Of a stretch of 63,760 nucleotides of DNA, positions 61,201 to 63,760 are shown in pieces. The notes beneath the pieces were generated by a model. It did no database searches. It was not told the origin of the DNA and was given only the letters and a program-made list of their open reading frames with translations. Made by a program: the position numbers and the translations under genes. How positions within the stretch are numbered: position 1 is the first letter of the stretch; the number at the start of each line of letters is the position of its first letter. This DNA is from Candidatus Woesearchaeota archaeon (GTDB taxonomy: Archaea > Nanobdellota > Nanobdellia > Woesearchaeales > SKGA01). The stretch lies in the NCBI GenBank assembly GCA_016926395.1, contig JAFGOT010000006.1:1-63760 (forward strand), read 5' to 3'.

Positions 61201-63760
61201 TACTGATTGGTTCCAATCAGAATATAGATATTTTACAATTGATTTAACAAAGCCAACTGTTGATTTTGAAAACCCAACACCAATAAATAATACTCTTTGT
61301 GGATATAATTGGACGATAATAAATGTAAGTGTTGATGAAAATTGCGATGTTGCATTCTTTGAAATAACGGATGGAAGTGGAACTAATAATTACTCCATGA
61401 CAAAACTAAATGATACCTCCTTCTGGATAAATGCTTCTGACCTGAATGACGAAACAATAACATATAGAGTATATGTTAATGATACTGCAAATAATTTTGG
61501 AGTAAGTGAAGAACGAACATTGGTGGTTGGAGCTGCAACACCATATATTAGATTATATTCTCCACAAAATATTACTTATACAAACACAAATATTATTGAT
61601 TTACAGCTGGATGTAAGTAAACCTATTTCTCATTGGACTTATGAATTAAATGGAGAAAACTTCACATTTACTCCAAATACAACTTTAACAAGCATTATTG
61701 GTTCCAATGCAATTACTGTTTATGCTACAGATGCACAAGGAAGCACCGGAACTGTAATGGAATATTATTCTGTAAATACAACTTCTTTTTCTGATAATTT
61801 TAATAATTATGAAGGCATATCAACTGAATCAAATATACAAACAGGAAATGGCGCAAACATGACTTTTTGTTGGCCGTTATTGATTGAATCAGGATTGCCT
61901 CAGGAACAAGATCATACTTGTTGGCAATATAAAAAATCATCTTCTGTAACTTCTGCAAGTACATTAACTAATTATCAATTATTATTAAATCTTGATTTAA
62001 GTAGTGAACAATCTGCAGGAAAATTAAAATCTGATTGTTCAGACTTGAGATTTGGATTTGATAATGGAACTGGAGAACAAGAGCTGCCTTATTGGATTGA
62101 ATCTTGTGATGATACAAGCGACATTAATGTTTGGGTTAAGATGCCGACTATAAACTCAACAACTGATGTTAATATTTATTATGGTAATTCTCTTGCGAAC
62201 GATAACTCAAACGGATCAGATGTATTCTTATTTTTCGAAGGATTCGATAGTGTGACATCTGGGAAATGGGGTGCGAATGCTTTAAACTGGGCAAGTGTGA
62301 ATGGAGAGTCATATTCAACAGTTGGAGGATCAACATCTCAATTAACTGCAAGCGCATACACGTTCCCTAATCAATATGCAATTGAGTTTGGTTTAGCAGG
62401 AAATACAACTGGAGGATACTTTGACTTTGGAAGAGGAAGTGGAAGTAAATATTTAAGATTCTATGTTGAACCAGTAAACACTCGAGTAAACTTAAAATAT
62501 GGAACAACAAATAATTATCATACTGTTAATTCAGATGATTATCAAAGATACACTTTAGTAGGTGACTTTGTCAATAATAATTACACTTTGCTTGTAAATC
62601 ATAGCGCAACAGGAATATCTGTTTCTGGTTATTATGCTGCATCTAGGTTGAATCCTCTGATTTATTCTTATGTTGCTCAAGGTCTTGTTATGAATTATTA
62701 TGCAATAAGGGCTTATAGCACAACAGCTGTTAATGTTGGTGCAATAAGTGCAGAATCCAGACCTGTTGCAACTTCAATGTTGCGTTCTGAATTAATAGTG
62801 CCAGAAATATTTTTCTCTTGGATGAATCTAAAAGCAAATGGAAATTTACCTGCAGGAACTGACATATATTTCCAAATACAAAATGAATCTGGAGATTCTT
62901 TGTGTTCTAATATTAGTTATGCTGCAGCAAGTGCTGGAGCTAATCCTTGTCCTGGCGCAGACTTTTATGATAAAGTTTATGTTGCAGCCTTCTTGACAAC
63001 GGATGTTGCTGGAAAAACACCAACTCTTTATAATTATACTTTAGAATGGAATATATCTGGGACAGATATAATTCCTCCAAATGTTGTAGTTACAAAACCA
63101 CTTGGAAATCCAACATATAATCAATCGGAAACGGTAGATATTGAAGCTGTAGTAACGGATAATATGAATGTTTCAAAAGTCTTCGCAAATGTAACTTGGA
63201 ATTCTGGATTGTCTTGGAATTTTGTAGAATTAATAAAACAAGGAGCTACAAATGTTTACAATGTTAGTTTCACTAACACAAGCAATGTTGGAAACTACAC
63301 TATATACTTCTTTGCAAATGATAGTGAAGGAAATAATAATACTGCAGAAAGTGTTAATTTCACAATACGAGATTCTGTTGGACCTGTAATAAATGCATAT
63401 AATGCAACTCCCGCATCCCAAACATATGGTAACAATATTACTATTTTTGCTAATGTGACTGACAATATAGCTGTTGATAATGTTTTGGTAGAAATAGATG
63501 GAATAAATCATACAATGAATTTGGTTTCTGGTGATGTTTATAGTTATGAATTCAATACTAGTGGTTTTATTCCAAATATTTATTCTTATACAATTTACGC
63601 AAATGATACATACAACAACTTGGCTATTCCTCAATTAGATACTTTTACAATCACAAAAGCTTCTAGTTTGCTTTCTCTTTATTTGAATGGTTCTGCGGAT
63701 AATTTGTCTGTTAATGAGGATACTCTTGTTAATTTGACTCTTGTGCTTGATGTCCCACCA
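46238..63760 (+). CDS. giant secreted cell-surface protein, 3'-truncated by the window (at least 5,841 codons): DUF2341-like, ConA/LamG-like and Ig-like repeat architecture
   Basis: The frame with codon starts at positions equal to 2 mod 3 has a TAG at 46202-46204 and then no stop up to base 63760. The first canonical start is GTG 46238, giving VSAILKKTVIYAVLLTFIILFSGSLNAQ, which looks like a signal peptide. The whole frame translates into coherent domain-like sequence. It is missing from the supplied ORF track, which shows only short off-frame ORFs here. The exact start is uncertain. Confidence 0.9.
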   Translation, partial: MSAILKKTVIYAVLLTFIILFSGSLNAQVPTTNDNVKLFLPQLSERNLDISVATDYAVDEAIRAPIVFGQPVTWRLLLTDGIDILSVDYQTPPIRLEQAQTNNTSSLWERTITFQTNFSDVYNNIPFKTTIPNLTNITLNPPIDYILSVNNGIEFNVSVLNKTQTIVIRGLFDNVTANVSYEVPNTTPIPNTTPIVNDTDFNISINTSINQTDVNSSSILPPRIEKQIATTKKGDFVFTSKKGVMRNLLLSNKKVNFDLFTENETEINLTLPNKISDGVIIYVWKETESGKKLIKSTLGNDKRTLQFNASENASYEFIIPEFNVVIDKKQNNETNITVNNRSLSLEASADLTSINVVDPESIPNSPLTNDNTPHKLLKFTLENVIDSADIIIKLDEEIKEPELQKYNPNTDTWYTFPYERINANTLKITIIDGGFGDDDGIKNGIIEDDLGITDIWVNESFAWRSAFNITNTAGVLTDYQILITLDDTNFNFSKTQEDLDDIRFTYYNQSSDTETAVDYWLEDSGLNYSTGTQTARVWIKAPYLANNADTTFFIYYGNDVVSSAADGSAVFDYFNDFETSVGFDSGQLLPWRDANAAKTGSFGIQGYGSGSYDQATISGFTSGQDVVLESWIRAPDYSRSPAVSLAALTFGHPSGGTDQNGYQAYLDERGLPYLGIRENYNSGGVLSSADSPVISFDTWYFISYIWKSNNDLVFKIYDENMTLLQTVTANDNSYTDGEFGIGVYYDGQWDDFRLRQYANPEPSFTFLSGEDYVGLLNMTLDKPTNGDVGLRNTPFTMNATLWCSRGDDCGNVSAYYQYYTTSSPLYTWEETTNSEFNDAVYLTNVSVSSDRLTLAAQITGNPWWETAWTYRQLINITNVTSNQTDTPVKITLNSSIVGSDFDWSTDNDSIRFVEYNLSGGNFIELDYAIFSWDETSENAQIYVIVPQVNSTQAKEIYMYYGNPTATSGSNPDSVYLFYDEFNDGDISDWTVEDGFSGWALENNDYIYQTTTWAQYLMLEHPGLNLANITLETRINLTSNLPDYFSGLLFRYQDIDNTYAVILDDRADDSLHIRRRFGGAWDTGTNEYTSVNIDTDVWSDLKVEVWDDSIGVDHIKAYFDGLTFENTYNFFPSGSIGLIQYESQSRYDYVRVTKYNPNKLNLTFQAEQKLTVSANGQYISDVRDFGTPDISYSTLHWTETKPAGTSLQVYTRSSPGLAGMWYDSNYPYQIKLNVTNTAEDAYEYQIFLSHDFSSEYSAGKINVDCSDVMITFFNTTSQLQEEVSFFTDYCNLTQESEADFWVKMPYLKNDTTTDIYIYYGNASNPDKSDIDATFSYSTPKTIGYIVSSKLATNGLKVMSLVDDNEVHIGSDIYYMDELDVTDDSFTSQEDAIKAKGLVQVAGRGMNGDSIVPISWAGTEFSYDGMRAATDSICMLAPFRTANVTIYEGATQRWNGLVTSSGYCYDSTNFGTGNAVGIVSDYPILAFHDGGLAANEDAWPFYPMTTEPLYGVISNQALIGASSTGSNVVCYRSDGGSQNQNIAGVYNDGACNTGAGSQGSGAAVKMVTSTGGIGGIQQADSDGTESVTFVPRKEMGTKFGSGQDAQYISIATPHDGITCTLYNSSGVQSSTTSTTSSAQGIAKACFGCGDSNIEVYAPWKVECDLPVKPYFEKNFNNEETVALTHKQMRQMIYPEPVVGAASTELNYTTVSLDPSTYYVWSNWFLETKGSNINSPSAQYLQYKIDFTTTNSSKTPIIDEIHFNYNLLSLDWKLLKSSGTDFTTTNPYTCSILNKTTNCTASRSVIPKSIGEFSLRMIANATDSPVSATSDTRNITINFQPVLSSFTLSKTLLTPGDALTLSVLLLDDLSSPMKGYNLTFYDETGNGTRQLLGYGVTDASGYTSIQTIISDDALYQLHTYNVSLAADTNAYRLYEDATKTARVSSLPQITDVYTNPHDIGYGQNITIYANVTDVVGLDTVILNITNQSSQTLSVAMTPNGDQYSYTFSNPWVLQDYTYKIIATNDDGVVVIDDDNSFSLKVEAEFDLLTNKTDYKNEETVGLLSTGNSWTLFPGWKLRMPINISADVASTDYQVNILLDSDNFRFAQSNNGDDIRFSYYNTTSGTEVEIPFWIDVFNATSETASIWVKLPVLNDTVSNLIYLYYGNDAATPASNGTETFIYFNDMEGTFTWTDYGSGDIRQRNSRAYKGTYSAHKETNNDPNGGYDNVGVTFGRDVIMEFWINRNAAYSGGAYDRLGFIDNSGNGYGWAFDHGGDRILADVRNGYNAATLPAVAATDVMDDWVFGQFVVKSNGVVEAYRYVDGALSGNMFTTDSTHSSFTRVYIFGGNDYWVDDIRIRKFVNTALSTTYGETEDDAKGLKNLEDTEFTGQLYMRVQKWTGTVWQNIIPPVMSDVTKVISNYDIEDLADDWSVYGNWATSTRTPGTYRVYAELKNPNTGSILMTTSGKQLVGSYNFTIIPAIISLTNLTYENDYEHSLQEYETTDVIDWINATVQVTENKAYNAVVNLSLLDSSKQPVGFGPQEEQQSCGTMIENAICQKQWSNSTNGYVIPANASSGNYDFYWEIEADTDNGPVMTNQSYSFVIHDIPSTITTSVDPLRIEKPNQTEYNFTFQNLWSTNINNVEIRINCPAVSGFVCQNVTSQSLATLGSSGNFTVSYVVLANESVASDDYNLTVDLNYTNPAGEVKSWNSVGQDIVEVRQSGIIRITDYSHPVTVTRNYQGVLSVYGNNTGDTVASDVWVNYTLPTGWTVAVGNKNQYSASLAINGLLWNNITANIGSGASLGLKTIRIDTGASDGRADFKTYQLTVYANSSLTPTTNQSTVDRGDAILLRAVLKYDNGAFVTGQNVTFYDGANYLGWDLTDANGLAEFEYLINESHTLGIHTITTNYSGSTSLYLRPTSNTTDFIVKLKPQISNFVVTPNETGYGQNITIQATVVDADGDNIDNVSAYVTYPDMSIIRYDLTNIPPDDYGIKFNNTWQTGIFSVYVETYDDFGSKSTTEIKNFTIKAPLSLGVQTENNFYGQNEYVNLTTADANFWWNTSWPYRVEYNISNTYGDLTEYQVFVDEDLSSEYLDGFVNADCSNVRFTYYNSTTGEEILIPYYVEKCDLENENNATFWVKIPYLANSTNTTFSLYYGYDTTTSESDMVETFTYSSEKTIGYVVSHTSVSNGLTLVSLEDGNSITINDSSYSLNAFGTGTKGTNFNLGTSIQAKKLVQVEGAGDYDDMIVPVSFAGTDFSFDGSTSNNDRFCMVSPWGTATVQVLEGNTLRSTQFVDASGTCYTYNMGTTLPSRLLSDIPILAFHTGGTNNRDSFVFYPATKEDLFGIRSNNVYVGSASSSAGIVNFYGSDGNSAVWNAINAYDDQVCPATITNGGDGSGSAVRVTTNVPIGVLNYNDGDGIEYVTFLPEKEMGMVYGSSESTEYIAIATPNKGTNCTVYTSSTTVGSTTVSGSDPNKLYKGCFGCGNDNQYVAGPWKMVCDAPVYAYYEEDVYGDETNLFGHKQMRQFVYPTPQIESGINQQLGSQIYSKDVNSSGLLILTVENNNTGSWKLISTIVNDSLTNNFRSIDSTNGLDISAIWNPISWFTGLEDSGTYKVRARLVDPSGNILKNDLGENLDTSWIFEISQPDLQLNIQEVRVYDVTNSPEANWHFYTNDYIDGGLGKTYTLEKNSIYRIEVDVKNTGSDPWTLNDTQLTYGGYNSSWPVNPTSHIFYSTQLTIANRRTDTTKIGGTFSDGKIDWNISSLGGTVSPANTATFFLIINTSNEEDRSINFTVNHTTFVKSDISDLHVIVITINPPQLNNNVYNVTPISIFRGNSFKIYAQWDKSIGESNFTYTTTSPFTSLTQTNSSPQNSGNWTNYTVNTYSNWFLGEHEVRIDVADESSNVNDTLPSLNVTVWGLAQLESISLNDSSISVGDSVNITCRVVDDTTGDNPIAGYTVTFKNSTNTIGTALTNSNGYASYIYTDNTAGPETISCEISENLTSYYKTDSSNKTSTSLSTIELVPPTYNGLGGPSVAHKGDNLLLYSQWQDNFGLSNATLYTNATGSFAIRNVKSLTSIIDWANFTYQIPTTMTPGVLAWYQVGRDTSNNPNATSTQMITIWGWSKIQSSNLNPASVQENNPTTMSCLVQDANSSVAIQNYNVTFEYKNESDSAYTLIGYNLTGASGYANYTFSIPNASTYDIRCTITDDSILQYNDSNQNKSVESLNVVSSADVFPPVIIGGNYGINDTTLDRGDCFLIYGEWNESIGDSWIIYNRTPTNTTRVNITSPYTANWTNISVCTNNTWLPGLYTVKLYSEDLEGNLNDSLSLITFSITSRSNITWNYPPAGSTQSRSDLDVICYVQDHDTGSPIANYPVTFYDGDSGLEIGSTTTNLTGYAKITEDYSGAIVGPDEIFCTIANWNGYTAMSPTLISETIYFKGELNTTISNPTTSQILHKGVSETLTTTTKDEHGNTPRDQNNNIAILEVNWTNSSNAILATGASTTWTVPNNYVLGPMILDVNVSEPYYISSQDSVLVNVYGYSRVYLVSPQPQTLGAGQTFTMNCSVNDSILGTHLSNYEVKFYDNLTEIGSGQMTNSNGFASYTFNTNSFADGNHLFRCVISDNNTQYYTAYGSGDATVPITIDKSTPGISYHATADKNGTYGRNWAYIRVTINEPNPDTLLLNWNGSFEPITLHSGNDWWINKTGLLDGEYQFYVWINDTADNSNQTSLRKVVVDLVNPIINVISPSNNSFHNSTTVNVNFNLNELHPDSCWYTINGGVTNTSLPSCNNGSLTTPGAGDFMFTIYANDTAGNLGLKTTNFNVDLVAPTISLSSPINTSTYNTGNEVDLNFSVADNENIGSCWYKIGSNPIVSVPSCLNTTITGLTNDNHTLTLYVNDSAGNINSTTIWFIVDLNTIVPIAVLPLNNTYFNYANIQTNVTTNINATACNYTIDDTTTVAMTNFTNLDWSSITYALPEGYRNISFQCSNGTDWFQSEYRYFTIDLTKPTVDFENPTPINNTLCGYNWTIINVSVDENCDVAFFEITDGSGTNNYSMTKLNDTSFWINASDLNDETITYRVYVNDTANNFGVSEERTLVVGAATPYIRLYSPQNITYTNTNIIDLQLDVSKPISHWTYELNGENFTFTPNTTLTSIIGSNAITVYATDAQGSTGTVMEYYSVNTTSFSDNFNNYEGISTESNIQTGNGANMTFCWPLLIESGLPQEQDHTCWQYKKSSSVTSASTLTNYQLLLNLDLSSEQSAGKLKSDCSDLRFGFDNGTGEQELPYWIESCDDTSDINVWVKMPTINSTTDVNIYYGNSLANDNSNGSDVFLFFEGFDSVTSGKWGANALNWASVNGESYSTVGGSTSQLTASAYTFPNQYAIEFGLAGNTTGGYFDFGRGSGSKYLRFYVEPVNTRVNLKYGTTNNYHTVNSDDYQRYTLVGDFVNNNYTLLVNHSATGISVSGYYAASRLNPLIYSYVAQGLVMNYYAIRAYSTTAVNVGAISAESRPVATSMLRSELIVPEIFFSWMNLKANGNLPAGTDIYFQIQNESGDSLCSNISYAAASAGANPCPGADFYDKVYVAAFLTTDVAGKTPTLYNYTLEWNISGTDIIPPNVVVTKPLGNPTYNQSETVDIEAVVTDNMNVSKVFANVTWNSGLSWNFVELIKQGATNVYNVSFTNTSNVGNYTIYFFANDSEGNNNTAESVNFTIRDSVGPVINAYNATPASQTYGNNITIFANVTDNIAVDNVLVEIDGINHTMNLVSGDVYSYEFNTSGFIPNIYSYTIYANDTYNNLAIPQLDTFTITKASSLLSLYLNGSADNLSVNEDTLVNLTLVLDVPP
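47620..47920 (+). repeat. DUF2341-like module 1 (protein-level repeat inside the giant CDS), followed by a LamG-like domain to about 48520
   Basis: WRSAFNITNTAGVLTDYQILITLDDTNFNFSK..DDIRFTYYN..AVDYWLED..ARVWIKAPYLANNADTTFFIYYGN, then FDYFNDFE...DGQWDDFRLRQY. Confidence 0.6.
48821..49130 (+). repeat. DUF2341-like module 2, followed by a ConA-like (DUF1080-like) domain to about 49700
   Basis: PWWETAWTYRQLINITNVTSNQTDTPVKITLNSS..DSIRFVEYN..AQIYVIVPQVNSTQAKEIYMYYGN, then LFYDEFNDGDISDWTVEDG...LLFRYQDIDNTYAVILDD...YDYVRVTKY. Confidence 0.6.
49892..51325 (+). repeat. paralogous ~480-aa module, copy 1 (DUF2341-like module 3 plus an uncharacterised Cys-containing domain)
   Basis: MWYDSNYPYQIKLNVTNTAEDAYEYQIFLSHDFSSEYSAGKINVDCSD...DIYIYYGN...TIGYIVSS...LVQVAGRG..DSIVPISWAGTEFSYDG...YPILAFHDGG...FYPMTTEPLYGV...CFGCGD...PWKVECDLPV...HKQMRQMIYPEP. 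Collinear with copy 2. Confidence 0.7.
52445..52735 (+). repeat. DUF2341-like module 4, followed by a LamG-like domain to about 53310
   Basis: WKLRMPINISADVASTDYQVNILLDSDNFRFAQSNNGDDIRFSYYNTTSGTEVEIPFWIDV..ASIWVKLPVLNDTVSNLIYLYYGN, then FIYFNDMEG...NDYWVDDIRIRKF. Confidence 0.6.
55397..56833 (+). repeat. paralogous ~480-aa module, copy 2 (DUF2341-like module 5 plus an uncharacterised Cys-containing domain)
   Basis: FWWNTSWPYRVEYNISNTYGDLTEYQVFVDEDLSSEYLDGFVNADCSN...FSLYYGY...TIGYVVSH...LVQVEGAGDYDDMIVPVSFAGTDFSFDG...IPILAFHTGG...FYPATKEDLFGI...CFGCGN...PWKMVCDAPV...HKQMRQFVYPTP. Confidence 0.7.
61918..62195 (+). repeat. DUF2341-like module 6, followed by a LamG-like domain to about 62720
   Basis: CWQYKKSSSVTSASTLTNYQLLLNLDLSSEQSAGKLKSDCSDLRFGFDNGTGEQELPYWIESC..INVWVKMPTINSTTDVNIYYGN, then FLFFEGFDS...MNYYAIRAY. 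Confidence 0.6.

Noticed and set aside
46867-63634. Twelve short ORFs listed in the track inside 46.8-63.7 kb (for example 47179-47457 minus, 52719-52937 plus, 57883-58119 minus, 63230-63634 minus)
   Set aside because: All lie off-frame or antisense within the continuous 5,841-codon frame. Their products are low-complexity (Ile/Ser/Leu/Asn-rich) with no motifs.

Overview
AT-rich archaeal chromosome segment. Gene content suggests a small-genome DPANN-type archaeon; this is inference, since no database search was possible. Supporting content: the archaeal S13-S4-S11-RpoD-L18e-L13-S9-RpoN cluster, GatD/GatE, deoxyhypusine synthase, RNase P Rpp21, Bud32, Cdc48, an SRP RNA, and TTTATAAA boxes about 26 nt upstream of several start codons (leaderless mRNAs). 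Bases 1-46,000 carry mostly housekeeping genes: PEP synthase, class I GAPDH, PGK, pyrophosphatase, LeuRS, a MacB-type ABC transporter, APS kinase and a PLD-family protein. Interspersed are many small secreted or membrane proteins, several with lysine-rich tails. RNA genes recognised by eye are an SRP RNA (11443-11707, minus, hidden under a spurious ORF), tRNA-His(GUG) and tRNA-Arg(CCU). The main result is at the 3' end. From 46,238 to the last base of the window there is one uninterrupted reading frame of at least 5,841 codons. The supplied ORF track does not list it, apparently because it has no stop codon inside the window. It encodes a signal-peptide-bearing, sequon-rich giant surface protein. 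I can see six DUF2341-like modules, ConA/LamG-like domains, two diverged copies of an uncharacterised ~480-aa Cys-containing module, and many Ig-like beta-sandwich repeats. I propose it is a giant adhesin or cell-surface apparatus of an episymbiotic archaeon. Secondary candidates are a membrane-anchored wHTH regulator followed by a 10-bp-periodic TTGTTCCGC repeat array, a pore-less voltage-sensor-like membrane protein, a structured leader upstream of ppsA, a duplicated gap translation start, and a frame-broken HExxH gene cluster. I saw no rRNA, CRISPR array, transposase, integrase or recognisable defence system. All family calls rest on motif recognition by eye, not alignments.
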